This document shows positions 26,241-39,941 of a stretch of DNA of 64,000 bases, piece after piece; the first letter of the stretch is position 1; each line of letters starts with the position of its first letter. The translations under genes were made by a program, and so were the position numbers. The stretch spans positions 4,588,001-4,652,000 of the forward strand of contig NC_043022.1 in assembly GCF_006345805.1 (NCBI RefSeq), given 5' to 3'. The stretch comes from Octopus sinensis (Eukaryota). A model generated the notes under the pieces. It saw only the letters and a program-made list of their open reading frames with translations. It searched no databases and had not been told where the DNA came from.

Positions 26241-26280
<40 letters not shown>

Positions 26281-26284
<4 letters not shown>

Positions 26285-26595
26285 CGTGATCACCATGACC
26301 AACCAGGCTATCAGATGTTGCTACACATCGTTGATCATAATGCGCTTCGCATTGTTTTTTTAGCCTTCGAATGACGCCACCCCGCTGGCTAAGCGAGCAG
26401 GCCAACAGAAGAAAGAGTGAGAGAAAGTTGTGGGGAAAGAGTACAGCGGGAATCCCCACCACCCCCCTGCCGGAGCCGCGTACACCTTTTAGGTGTTTTC
26501 GCTCAATAAACACTCACAACACCCGGTCTGAGAATCGAAACTGTGATCCTACAACCGCGAGTCCGCTGCCCTAACTACTGGGCCATTGCGCCTCC
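26281..26595 (-). mobile_element. SINE-B variant with an alternative 3' tail
   Basis: 26415-26595 matches the SINE-B head/body; 26281-26410 is unrelated to the usual B tail. Confidence 0.75.
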
Positions 26596-26609
26596 ACACA
26601 CACACACAC

Positions 26610-26640
<31 letters not shown>

Positions 26641-26814
26641 TATATGGCACAGGAGTGGCTGTGTGGTAAGAAGCTTGCTTCTTAAACAATTGGTTCTGGG
26701 TTCAGTCCCACAGCATGGCACCTTGGGAAAGTGTCTTCTACCATAGCCTCGGGCTGACCAAAGTGTTGTCAGTGAGTAGATTTGGTAGACAGAAACTGAA
26801 AGAAGCCCGTCACA

Positions 26815-26851
<37 letters not shown>

Positions 26852-26856
<5 letters not shown>

Positions 26857-27187
26857 TATAAACAAGGGGAAAAGAAAAAAGATTTCTATGCCAATATGCT
26901 GAGAATAGACTTTAAATCGTCAATCACCACATTACAATATACATTCACCATAATTACACGTTGTGCTGAAATCAAAGAAAGCAAGCTAACAGATGTTTAA
27001 AAAAAATTCATTATCTCTATATTGAATCAATTTCAGGATTAATTCTGTTAGCTTGCCTTCCTCGATTTCAGCACGATGTGTATTTATGGTGAATGTATAT
27101 TGTAATGTGGTGATTGACGATTTAAAGTCTATTCTCAGCATATTGGCATAGAAATCTTTTATTCTTTTGCCCTTTGTTTATAATTGT
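26852..27187. mobile_element. Fold-back element/MITE with ~140-bp inverted arms
   Basis: 26852-26993 is the reverse complement of 27044-27187 with about 10 mismatches. Confidence 0.8.
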
Positions 27188-27324
27188 TTATAATTTTCAC
27201 CTTTAAAGGTATTTTAATATGCTGCCACTTCGATGGAATTTTTTTGGGAAAAAAATTTTATCCTATATTAGAAGTAAATATATATATATATTTCGAAATC
27301 GAAATCGGAATCGAAACTGAACCA

Positions 27325-27762
27325 ATCCTATGACTGGCACCTGGCAGATGCCAAGACCCCTGGACTGGTGGTAGGTAAAAAGCACTATCCGAATCGTGGC
27401 CGATGCCAGCGCCGCCTCGACTGGCTTTCGTGCCGGTGGCACGTAAAAAGCACCATCCGAATCGTGGCCGAAGCCAGTGCCGCCTCGACTGGCTTCTGTG
27501 CCGGTGGCACGTAAAATGTACCAATCCGACCGTGGCCGATGCCAGCCTCACCTGACACCAGTGCAGGTGGCACGTAAAAAGCACCCACTACACTCACGGA
27601 GTGGTTGGCGTTAGGAAGGGCATCCAGCTGTAGAAACATTGCCAGATAAGACTGGAGCCTGGTGCAGCCTCCTGGCTTCCCAGATCCCCGGTCGAACCAT
27701 CCAACCCATGCTAGCATGGAGAACGGACGTTAAACGATGATGATGATGATGATGATGATGAT
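27325..27762 (+). mobile_element. RTE 3' UTR (family D)
   Basis: ~65-bp subrepeats, conserved tail, (GAT)n. Confidence 0.75.
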
Positions 27763-27766
27763 ATTC

Positions 27767-28185
27767 AGGTGCAGGAGTGGCTGTGTGGTAAGTAGCCTAC
27801 TTTTCAACCACTACATGGCACCTTGAGCAAGTGTCCCCCGCTACAGCCCCAGGCTGACCAAAGCCCTGTGAGTGGATCTAGTAGACAGAAACCAAAGGAA
27901 GTCTGTCACATGTATTTATGTGTGTATATATATATACACACACACACACGTGTATGTATGTATATATCTATGCGCCTGTGTTCATCCTCCCCCCACCAAA
28001 TACTGCCTAACAACCGACGCCGGTGTGCCCACATCTCCACAACTTACCAGTTCGGCAAAAGAGACCAACAGAATAAGAACTAGGCCCACAAAAACAATTC
28101 TTGGGGGTCTATTTGTTCAACCAAAGGCGGTGCTCCAGCATGGCCGCAATCAAACGATTGAAACAAGTAAAAGAATAAAAGAATA
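27767..28185 (+). mobile_element. SINE-A, diverged copy
   Basis: Head, body and tail recognisable, with an internal deletion in the head. Confidence 0.75.
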
Positions 28186-28946
28186 TGGATAGATAGAGAG
28201 ATTACACACACACACACAAACCACACACCACACACACGCACACACACACACAAACACACACAACCCACAAACACACACACACACACAAACACACGCACAC
28301 ACACACGCAAACACACACACACACACACTCACGCACAAACAAAACACACACACACGCACAAACACCACACGCACAAACACACGCAAACACAAACACACAC
28401 ACACACACCCATACATTACGCATACCAAATACCAGCCATGCAATATTTCTGCAACAAACGTAACAAAGAGATAAATTACTCTTTTACTCTCTTTTACTCT
28501 TTTACTTGTTTCAGTCATTTGACTGCGGCCATGCTGGAGCACCGCCTTTTGCTTATAAATAAATGCTTATTTCTTCGTTAATAAATTTCAAGACAAGATG
28601 TTGTTTTCTATTTTTCTCCTAAAACTCTTGAAAGCAAACAACAAAAGAACAACAACAGCCACTGCCATCTTGTATATGAAATGTATTTCAAAGATTGCAT
28701 CCCACATCGGCTGCTTGTCCAGGCTTTTTCAATTTTAGATATTTATTCATCTCTTTACTTATCTATTTATTTATATGATGGCAATATTTATGGTTCTAGA
28801 AATTTCCTATCAACTTTCATGTTATGAATAATGACAAAATGTGAGAAATGACCGAAGAAAGAATGTGGTTTTGATTGTTCTTCGTTGGAAAGAAGTTCGT
28901 AAGCCTTCATAAAAAATGTGTGAATTTAGAGTCCAGATTTGTTGGT

Positions 28947-29115
28947 TTCACCCTTTAGTATTTAAACCGGCCATATCCGTGTAAATAGTTAATCTGTTTT
29001 ATGTTCAAACTGACCAGATCCAGGCCCTCACACCTACCCTACAATGTTATTCTACATTAGGTAATTACACCATCAAGATCTTGAAGATATGAGATAATGC
29101 ATGATTAATTCAAAT
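28947..29115 (-). mobile_element. piggyBac-like MITE fragment
   Basis: End TTCA-CCCTTTAGTATT; body matches copies at 57400-58910. Confidence 0.55.
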
Positions 29116-29369
29116 CAATGGGAATCAATAGGCATTATGTTTGATAGAATAATCTGAACACTGGTGGAGCCGCATATAAAGCACTCGTGCTGGTGCCATG
29201 AAAGAAAACATTGTTGCTGGTGCCACATAAAAAGTACTGCTGCTAGCATCACATAAAAAGCACTGGTGCCAGTGCCCTGTAAAAGCACTGGTGCTGGTTC
29301 CACAATAATGGAGTTTTTCGTATCTTTAGGTATTGTCCATTTGTGACAGAGTGTGTGCATCTATGTGTA

Positions 29370-30056
29370 CAGTCACAGACAAAAGTTTGGAACATAGGTC
29401 TGAAAATTAGAATCATCATCATCATCATAATCATTTAACGTCCGTTCTCCATGCTAGCATGGGTTGGACGGTTCGACAAGGCTGCACCAGGCTCCAGTCT
29501 GATCTGGCAGTGTTTCTACAGCTGGATGCCTTTCCTAACGCCAACCACTCCGTGAGTGTAGTGGGTGCTTTTCATGTGCCACCGGCACAGCTGCCAGACG
29601 GGGCTGGCAAACGGCCACGGTCGGATGGTGCATTTTACGTGCCACCGGCACAGGGGCCAGACGAGGCTGGCAATGGCCACGATCGGATTGTGCTTTTTAT
29701 GTGCCACCGGCACGGAATCCAGTCTAGGCGGCGCTGGCATCGGCCAAGTTCGGATGGTGCTTTTTATGTACCACCGGCACAGGGATTTTACATGCCTCCG
29801 GCACAAGGATTTTACATGCCTCCGGCACAAGAATTTTACATGCCTCCGGCACAGGGATATCTTTATATTAAATGGCCAAAATTATATTTAATTTGCAATA
29901 TATTATTACTGGGCAAAATTTGGAACATAAATCTGAAAATTAGAATTTTTATATTTTATATTATTTATTAATATACATTGTATTTATTTGAATCAAATTG
30001 TACTTGAGCACAACAATTCTAATTTTGAAAAAAATGTTCCAAAATTTTGGCCACAA

Positions 30057-30058
<2 letters not shown>
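29370..30058. mobile_element. Tc1-like non-autonomous element interrupted by a family-D insert (29412-29857, minus)
   Basis: TA-CAGTCACAGACAAAAGTTTGGAACA left end; TGTTCCAAAATTTTGGCCACAAATG right end (imperfect TIR). Confidence 0.55.
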
Positions 30059-30093
<35 letters not shown>

Positions 30094-30371
30094 TCTAAAA
30101 CTTTTAGTCAAGAGGAGTCCCCAAGAAGCTAGCCTCAACGAAAGACTTGATCCAAATGCTTTTGAGAATGTGGACCCTGCTAAAGGAAGCCAAGAACCAT
30201 GTGACGATGTAAAATTAGGTGACAGATCCATGTATAACCATAGTGGGTTTGAATACAGAACTCAAAGAATTGAGACAAATTACCACAAGGCATTCAGTCT
30301 GATGTTCTCAGAATTCTGTTGATCCATAATCACAGACTGGTACTTTTTTTAGCCAACCCTCAAACGATGTG

Positions 30372-30958
30372 TTGGCGCCATGTAAAAAGCATGGGTGCTG
30401 GTGTCACATGGAAAGCACTCATGCTGGTTCCATGTACAAAAAGGCACCCATGCTGGATCCATGTAAAAAGGACTGATGCTGGTGGAGCCGCATAAAAAGC
30501 ACTGGTGCTAGCATCACATAAAAAGCACTGGTGTCAATGCCCTGTAAAAGCACTGTGGAGTGGCATTAGGAAAGGCATCCAGTCATAGAAACCATGTCAA
30601 AGCAATGGAACTTGGGCCATCTCCTGGCCTTGCCAGCTCCTGTCAAACTATCCAACCTCATACCAGCATGGAAAACAGACGTTAAATGATTTTATCTATC
30701 TATCTATCTATCCATATATATGTATGAATATACATATTATATATATATATATATATATATAGATATATAAGTGCAGGTGGCACGTAAAAAGCACCCCTAC
30801 ACTCACGGAGTGGTTGGCGTTATAAGGGCATCCGCTGTAGAAACATTGCCAAATTAGACTGGAGCCTGGTGCAGCCTTCTGGCTTCCCAAACCCCGTCGA
30901 ACCGTCCAACCATGCTAGCATGGAGAACGACGTTAAACGACGATGATGATGATGATGA
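30372..30958 (+). mobile_element. Two RTE 3' UTR fragments (30372-30630, 30770-30958)
   Basis: Family-D tail motifs. Confidence 0.7.
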
Positions 30959-31040
30959 TATATATATAGAGAGAGAGAGAGAGATAGATAGATAGATAGA
31001 TAGATAGATATAGATATGTGTACATATACATATCTATCTA

Positions 31041-31362
31041 GTAAAATTTATTTGCCAACAGAATGTGGCAGTCCTAAAAAGAACGATCCTACTGTTGTTT
31101 AAGCCCCAGGTAAACATCTTTTCCAGTTGGCTATCGACACACAGTCTGTGTCTCGCACTGAGGATGGGTAACCACTCAGAAACCATGGTCTATGAGTATC
31201 AGGTAAGGCTGGAGACGGGAGCGATGACCACCCTTGCAAACACTATATGGACACAGACTGGGTGTTGAGGAGCCACCTGGGAAAGATGTTTTCCAGGGGA
31301 TTAAACAACAGTAACATCATCCTATACAGGACTGCCACATTCTGTTGGCAAATAAACTTTAC
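31041..31362. mobile_element. MITE with ~90-bp imperfect TIRs and TA flanks
   Basis: gtaaaatttatttgccaacagaatgtggcagtcct… versus …aggactgccacattctgttggcaaataaactttac. Confidence 0.75.
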
Positions 31363-31439
31363 TATTTGGTACTGTTACTGTATATCTCTCACTGAGAGAT
31401 TTAACACAAGTCGTTTCTCTCTCTCTCCCTCCCCCTCTC

Positions 31440-31477
<38 letters not shown>

Positions 31478-31480
31478 TAT

Positions 31481-31659
31481 CTTTTACTCTTTTACTTGTT
31501 TCAGTCATTTGACTGCGGCCATGCTAGAGCACCGACTTTAATCGAGCAACTCGACCCCAGGACTTATTCTTTTGTAAGCCCAGTACTTATTCTATCGGTC
31601 TCTTTTGCTGAACCGCTAAGTGACGGGGACATAAACACACCAGTATCAGACAAACACAG

Positions 31660-31704
<45 letters not shown>

Positions 31705-31863
31705 TACGACAGGCTTCTTTCAGTTCCGTCTACCAAATCCACTCACAAGGCTTTGGTCGGCCCGAGGCTATAGTAGAAAACACTTGCCCAAGGTGCGACT
31801 GAACCCGGAACCATGTGATTGGTAGACAAGCTACTTACCACACAGCCACTCTCGCCTGCGCCT
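31481..31863 (-). mobile_element. SINE-A
   Basis: Consensus match. Confidence 0.9.
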
Positions 31864-31878
31864 ACTATATATATAATC

Positions 31879-31914
<36 letters not shown>

Positions 31915-32032
31915 ATTATATATATATATATAATTATATATTATATATATGTATATATATATATATAAAATTAACAGAATGAGATAAAAAATCCAAGGCA
32001 GTGACAGATTTCAGAAGATTTATAAAGGGCAG

Positions 32033-32080
32033 GTCTTACAGCTGTTTCCGGGATATTTTAAATATCCCTTCATCGGAGAC
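32033..32080 (-). ncRNA. Minimal type I hammerhead ribozyme motif (U4C variant), probable Penelope-like pLTR remnant
   Basis: GUCU-CCGAUGA-A-GGGAUAUU(UAA)AAUAUCCC-G-GAAAC-AGCU-GUA/AGAC. Confidence 0.6.
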
Positions 32081-32235
32081 GGTGCGAGAGAATGGTTAAA
32101 CAATTGTTTATATATGTGCGTGTGTGTGTGTGTGTGTATACATACACATACATATATTGTTGTGTCTGGGAAGTGTCATTCTGTTTTAATGCCTTGTTAA
32201 TTAACACACTCACTGGTTCAATTTCCACTCATTCT

Positions 32236-32642
32236 CTCTTTTACTCTTTTACTTGTTTCAGTCATTTGACTGCGGCCATGCTGGAGCACCGCCTTTAGTC
32301 GAGCAAATCGACCCCGGGACTTATTCTTTGTAAGCCCAGTACTTATTCTATCGGTCTCTTTTGCCGAACCGCTAAGTTACGGGGACGTAAACACACCAGC
32401 ATCGGTTATCAAGCAATGCTAGGGGGACAAACACAGACACACAAACACACGCACACACATATATATATATATACATATATACGACAGGCTTCTTTCAGTT
32501 TCCGTCTACCAAATCCACTCACAAGGCTTTGGTCGGCCCGAGGCTATAGTAGAAGACACTTGCCCAAGGTGCCACGCAGTGGGACTGAACCCGGAACCAT
32601 GTGGTTGGTAAACAAGCTACTTACCACACAGCCACTGCGCCT
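32236..32642 (-). mobile_element. SINE-A, full length
   Basis: Consensus match. Confidence 0.9.
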
Positions 32643-33344
32643 ATTCATTCAATTTTTTTTACAAACTTTTTGTTGCTTCTTGCAATCTCTTCAAAAGTTG
32701 TTGACTATATACTTCGTGTGTGTGTGTGTGTGTGTGTGTGATAACTCCAGGTCAAGACTGACCGAAGAAACTTATGGTGAAAGACTTTCCAGCCGTGGCC
32801 ATGGCCCATTTTAAAACTGTCTCTAGGACTACAATTATCTAAAGTTAATCCTTTCTGCAAAGGCTGCTGGCTGTTTACGCAAGGGAAATTTAGCTGCTAT
32901 TTCTAGCAGATACAGCGAGCCACGATATAACGATGTGATTGTATTTAAGTGTGTATGTATGTGTTTGGTCGTGTGTGTGTCTGTGTATGAGTGTGTGGGT
33001 GCATAGCTATCATATCTCGTTTCCATGTCGTGTATAATGACACCTACATGTATACACCTACACTTATACATTCATACATACACACGCGTGGTCACGTACA
33101 GATCCTCCTTCCTACGTTGGTTAGACTCAGATCGTTCACTCGTACAGAGATACTGTTACAACACACACACACACACATACACATACACACAGGTACTGCC
33201 ACACGTTCACACACATACTGCCACACGTACACACACACACACACAGAAACTGCCATATATATACATTCTGAGTTTCTGATTTAGATACACACAAATATAT
33301 TGTTAAGTATACATACATACATGTATACACAGGCTCGCAAACAC

Positions 33345-33372
33345 ATACTATATAGACAGATAGATAGATAGG

Positions 33373-33426
<54 letters not shown>

Positions 33427-33717
33427 TATATAGATAGATAGATAGATAGATAGATAGATGGATAGAAAGATAGATAGATAGATAGATAGATTGATAGATA
33501 GGTAGGTAGGTAGATATATATATATATATAGATAGATAGATAGATAGATAGGTAGATAGGTAGATAGATAGATAGATAGACAGATAGATAGATAGATAGG
33601 TAGATAAATAGATAGATAGATAGGTAGGTAGATATAGATAGATATAAAGATAGATAGATAGATAGGTAGGTAGGTAGGTAGGTAGGTAGGTAGGTAGGTA
33701 GGTAGATAGATAGATAG

Positions 33718-33776
<59 letters not shown>

Positions 33777-35136
33777 GTAAGTAGATAGATACACACACAC
33801 AAATGTACTTCACGCACACGCACAAACACACACACATACACATTGTTGCACACATACACACAGAGAAATATACTATTAGATATCTATCACAAATACACAC
33901 ACACACAGATACACGTACATACAAACGTCCCCACACAAATCTTATACTATTATATAGACATATAAACATTATTAGGCTCATTGTTACACACACACATACA
34001 CAGAGAAACACACAAACTTCCTCATACACACACTCCTACACGCGAACACACACACACACAAACACAGACTATTACACACACTCAGGCACACACGCACACT
34101 TACACATGCACAGAGGAATATACAGTTACATACAGACACATTTCCATACACACACACATACTCATAAACACATACACACACACTATTACAATCACACATA
34201 CACACACACAGCAATATACTCTTACAGATACACAAATCTCCTTCGCGCACACACATACACACGTACACACACACACACACACAAGTCAACACAAACATGC
34301 GTACACACACATACACATATACACAAGCATACTATTACATACACATACATCGACACGCACACACATGTACACACGCATACACAAGTTAACACAAACACAT
34401 GCACACACAAACATATTATTACATAGACATATACACACACACACACAAACATTATTACATAGTCATACACACACACACACACACACACATACAGCAATAT
34501 ACAGTTACATACACAAATCTCCTTCACACATACACACATGTATACACAGGCTCGCAAACACATACTATATTATATGGACACTCTATACACACACACATAC
34601 ACAAATATACTTCACGCGCACGCACAAACACACACACATACACATTGTTGCACACATACACACAGAGAAATATACTATTAGATATCTATCACACACACAC
34701 ACACATACACACACACAAACAGCAATATACAGTTACATACACAAAGCTCCTTTACACACACACACACAGACACGTTCCCCCCCCTGCTGTGTCTGTGTGT
34801 GGTATAAGACATCCACAATCTCTCTCCCTCCCTCTCCCTCTCTCTCTCCGTCTCCATGGCTTCCTCCAGCCATCCCCCTCTGCCATTAAAACCTGCTGAC
34901 AAAACACCTCTTTGTTCCGTTACACATATTTAGTCTTCTTCTTCTTCTTCTTCTAAACCAAACACTAACACTCCTCTTTCATCAGCCACTCATTCACTCC
35001 TTCACCGCCCTCCTTCCCTCTCTCCTTCTCATACCTTTCGTTCCTTACTCTTTCTCCCTTTTTTTTTACACTCATTCACATCTCTGCTCTCTCTACCTTA
35101 TATTCTTCACACACTCACTCTCTCTCTCTCTATCTA

Positions 35137-35176
<40 letters not shown>

Positions 35177-35810
35177 TCAAATCATTTCCCCCCCTCCTTT
35201 ATAACTTTTACTCTTTCACCCAGCTTTCATTCACATATTCATCTCTCTCTCTTTCTCACTCATTCATTCAAATCGTTTTCCCATTACTTTTTACACTTTT
35301 ACCCTGCTTTTACAATAAATCTGTCACCATCTCTCTCTCTCTCTCTGACTCATTCACTCTTCCTCTCTGCCTCTTTCACACAAGTCCCTTCTTCAAAACT
35401 CTCCTTCTCTCTATGTATAATACTTTATCACTTTCTCTCTCACTGTCTCTCTCACACACTCATTAATATTAACTCACTCACTAACTTTCTTACACTCTTC
35501 CACTTTCCCTCTCTCTTCCTTTCATTCTTTTCTCTTCTCCGTCTCCTTCTCATGCTTTCATTTCTCTTTTTTTTTTTGCTCTCATTCTCTCTTTCACTTT
35601 TTCATTCTGTCTCACACTCTTTGTTCTCTCTTGTTTCTCCTTCACATTATCTTGTCATTTCTCTCTTGTCACTCTCTCCCTCTCCTTCTAACTTCTCTTT
35701 CAGTCAATAGCCTGCTTTTTCATTCCTTTTTTTTTTACCTTTCTACCTGATTTTCAATATCTATCTATCTGTCTTTCATTTTCTCTCTCTTTCTCTCTAT
35801 CTCTGTCAGT

Positions 35811-35865
<55 letters not shown>

Positions 35866-35964
35866 CCTACCTATCTATCTATCTATCTATCTATCTATAT
35901 CTGTCTATCTATCTATCTATCTATCTATATCTGTCTATCTATCTATCTATCTATCTACTATCTA

Positions 35965-36015
<51 letters not shown>

Positions 36016-36030
36016 ATCTATCTATCTATC

Positions 36031-36104
<74 letters not shown>

Positions 36105-36111
36105 CTATCTA

Positions 36112-36155
<44 letters not shown>
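33345..36155. repeat. Low-complexity block: (GATA)n, CA-rich, CT-rich, (CTAT)n
   Basis: (GATA)n 33345-33790, CA-rich 33800-34780, pyrimidine-rich 34810-35760, (CTAT)n 35760-36155. Confidence 0.9.
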
Positions 36156-37466
36156 ATTTGCTGTCAACACCCGTTAAAAGGAGGGCTGGGCATGCCGTGG
36201 TTGATGATGCGCAGACACGCGCTAAGACTGCGACATCTCCGGCTCTATGTAGACGACGGTGAACAGGTGTGGTCGCCGTTTGTGAGGCACGCATTCCCGC
36301 AACTCGTCTCCATGACCGAACTACAGTCGTGGATCAAAAAGAGGCCGAAGAAGGGCGAATGGCACCGCGAGTGTCGCGTTGCTCTCAAGCAACTCTGCCG
36401 TCCCGGGTCGACCTTGAGTGACTTCAACACAACCAAAGCATTCTATAGGGGATTAGTGGAGGGGAGGTACGACGACGAGCTCGGGGCAAACCTGGGCGTC
36501 GACGAGGAATACCTGACCTGTTTCAAACGACTTTCGGCCCGGGACCTATGGACAACTTCCAGAGATCCCTGGCCTGGCGGTGCTACCGAGAAGCGCTACC
36601 CGTTCGGGATAAGCTCTATAGGCATGGCTCGAGAAACACGGGGCCGACCTGCCCGAGATGCGGGCAGAGCGACGAAACCGCTCTGCACGCAATCGTGCAG
36701 TGTCCAGCAATTTCCCACCTGTGGGCTTATGTCGAACGACTGCTGTCACGTGTGGGACGTGTCGGTTTATCCGCCGAGTCTATCGTTAATATCGTCACGC
36801 CTCCTTCCTTCAAACGGGAAGGAAGAGCTATTTTTATCATACTTGTGGCTATGGCGAAAGAATGTATCTGGTGGACGCGTCTGAAAGGATTAGAGACAAA
36901 CACTTTCCTCTCTGGTCAATCTCTCATCAACTTCTTCAAGTATCACTTGAAGAAAAAAGTGAGAGTAGAGAGGCAAGTTTTGTCTAGTGAATGTTTTAAA
37001 AAAAGATGGGTGAATGTAGCAAGGATGGCACGTATGAATGACGAAGCCACCTTGACTATGATTCTATGAACCGTAAAAATTAATACAGAGAGTTGCTTAT
37101 TTGCAAAAAAAAAAAAGAAGAAATATAACATGTGACTTCATTGACCGAGGTTACCGTGGTCTTTTCCGTAGGCTTTTCTTTCCACGGGTAAACCTCACCT
37201 GTCCTCCCCTTTACACTTCATATTGACATTTCTGTGATAACGATCCCTATTGATCAATTTTTTTTCCTCTCCCCCTTTTTTTTTAACCCCCCCTTTTTTT
37301 GTCCTCTTTCTCTCCTTTTACGATCCCTTTTGATCGACCCCCCCTTTTTTATTTTATTTTATTTTTTATTTTATTATTATTATTTTTTTTTCTAAACCTT
37401 CAAAAGAAAAGCTCTACCTTGTAATTTGTTCTATCTGTGTGCAGCCCTGTGTGGCTAATAAAGAAA
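36155..37466 (+). mobile_element. 5'-truncated Tx1/L1-clade LINE (ORF2 3' end, zf-RVT, 3' UTR)
   Basis: HPLKGGLGMP motif; CPRCGQSDETALHAIVQC (CX2CX8HX4C); one frameshift near 36520-36545; stop 37069; T-rich UTR; AATAAA; (CTAT)n on both sides. Confidence 0.9.
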
Positions 37467-37520
37467 CATATCTATCTATCTATCTATCTATCTATATCTA
37501 TCTATCTATCTATCTATCTA

Positions 37521-37578
<58 letters not shown>

Positions 37579-37894
37579 ATCAATCAATCAATCTATCTAT
37601 ATCTACTTGTCTGTCTGTCTATCCATCTATTTATCTATCTACCTATCTCTATCTCTCTCTATATATATTTTTGAGTAAACATTGTCAAGGAGAATTTTTC
37701 TTAAAGTAGTGGAAATGGCTAAAAAACTTTTTGGCTGCTATTTCTAGAAAGTTCAGTATGTGGCAAAGTAATTTATTTTACTAAGCCCTAATTATATAAT
37801 ATAATATTTTGAATACGCCTTAAATGGTCCTTTTACATACTGAACACTACTTGGTGAAATTGATTAATAACTAATTAATTTTACCCTCAATTAT

Positions 37895-37950
<56 letters not shown>

Positions 37951-37955
37951 TATAA

Positions 37956-38355
37956 TCTTTATATATAAAAGAGAGGTTGTGTGCTGTCTGTCTCCTACGA
38001 TTTAGATTCCTAACTACTCCCACATTTTGCGGTGCAGTTTAACGAAAACTGGGTATCTTATAGTCGTGATTCATATCGAGCCCTTCTGGGTATTAGCGCG
38101 CGTCTACGATGAGTCTACGATTTTTAAAAAAAATTACCATCAATTTTTCCCATTTTTAATGCATTTTTGGCATATATAAGGGAAGTAATTCTCTAAAAGT
38201 TTATTATTAAATCTCAGAACGTAAAAAGCTACAGTAACACCTCCCCCCCTTTTGTGGTTAGCCATATTGAGATGGCTATTATACTTTACATCTCTAAAAA
38301 TGCTTATATAGTTATTTCCCTTGCAAACCTGAGCAACGCCGGGCGATACTGCTAG
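37956..38355 (+). mobile_element. Complete non-autonomous Helitron
   Basis: A|TCTTTATATATAAAA … hairpin … CTAG|T; homologous to 6009-6402. Confidence 0.85.
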
Positions 38356-38362
38356 TATATAT

Positions 38363-38761
38363 TACTCTTTACTCTTTTACTTGTTTCAGTCATTTGACTG
38401 CGGCCATGCTGGAGCACTGCCTTTAGTCGAGCAAATCGACCCCGGGACTTATTCTTTGTAAGCCCAGTACTTATTCTATCGGTCTCTTTTACCGAACCGC
38501 TAAGTGACGGGGACGTAAACACACCAGCATCGGTGGTCAAGCAATGCTAGGGGGACAAACACAGACACACACACATATACATATATATACATATATACGA
38601 CAGGCTTCTTTCAGTTTCCGTCTACCAAATCCACTCACAAGGCATTGGTTGGCCCGGGGCTATAGCAGAAGACACTTGCCCAAGGTGCCACGCAGTGGGA
38701 CTGAACCCGGAACCATGTGGTTGGTAAGCAAGCTACTTACCACACAGCCAGTCCTACGCCT
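38363..38761 (-). mobile_element. SINE-A, full length
   Basis: Consensus match. Confidence 0.9.
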
Positions 38762-39259
38762 ATATATATATATATATCTAATCAATCAATACTGTCTGTC
38801 TCTTTCTTTCTCTCTTTCTCTCTCTCACTCACACTTCTCTCCCCCTTCTTCCTACACTCTAACTTCTACCTTCCTCTTCCCACTCAATCCCCCTTCCGTC
38901 ACATTCCCTTATTTTCCCCTCTTTCTTCCGTATCACCCTCCTCCTTCCACATCACTCACTCTCCTTTTCTATATCTCTCTCTCTCTCGTCCGTTTCTGTC
39001 TCCACTTCCTCTGATCCACATCTCTCTTACTCTCACTTCCCCATCACTCTCTCCTTGTTCATATCTCTCTTTCTCCCTCCCTCCTTCCTCCTCCCTCTCT
39101 CTCTCACTTCCCTTTTTTCCCTCTCCCTTCCCTCTCACTCTATCCTTCTCCTCACTTCTATCTCTCTTATTTTCCTTTTCCTATTTATTGATGTTCATCC
39201 CCCACCATCTCTCACTCTTTCTCTCTCTATCCATCTATCTCTCTATATATTTATCAAAT

Positions 39260-39311
<52 letters not shown>

Positions 39312-39339
39312 AATCTATCTATCTATCGATAATCTCTCT

Positions 39340-39912
39340 CTCTTTTACTCTTTTACTTGTGTCAATCACTTGACTGCGGCCATGCTGGAGCACCGCCTTT
39401 AATCAAGCAACTCAACCCCGGGACTTATTCTTTGTAAGCCTGGTACTTTTCTATCAGCCTCTATTGCCGAACCACTAAGTTACAAGGATGTAAACACACC
39501 AGCATTGGTTGTCAAGCGATGATAGGGGGGGGACAAACAAACACATAAACATGCACACACGCATATATATATATATATATACATATATATGACGGGCTTC
39601 TTTCAGTTTCCGTCTACCAAATCCACTCACAAGGCATTAGTCGGCCCGGGGCTATAGTAGAAGACACTTGACCAAGATGCCACGCAGTGGGACTGAACCC
39701 GGAACCATGTGGTTGGTTAGCAAGCTACTTACCACACAGCCACTCCTGTGGCACCTGTGACGTCGCAACTCATTTCTACAGCTGAGTGAACTGGAGCAAC
39801 GTGAAATAAAGTGCCTTGCTCAAGAACACAACACGCAGCCCGGTCCGGGATTCGAGCTCACAACCTCATGATCGTAAGCTCGACGCTCTAACCACTGAGC
39901 CATGCGCCTTCA
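39340..39912 (-). mobile_element. SINE-A (39340-39749) abutting a SINE-C head/body (39750-39912)
   Basis: C head gaaggcgcatggctcagtggttagagcgtcg on minus, running directly into the A head. Confidence 0.8.
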
Positions 39913-39941
39913 TATATATATATATTAAGGGCATTAATATA

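Noticed and set aside
30047-30322. 91-aa ORF or possible exon (SPQEASLNERLDP…)
   Set aside because: Starts in a (TG)n tract, no recognisable domain, splice sites only weakly suggested.
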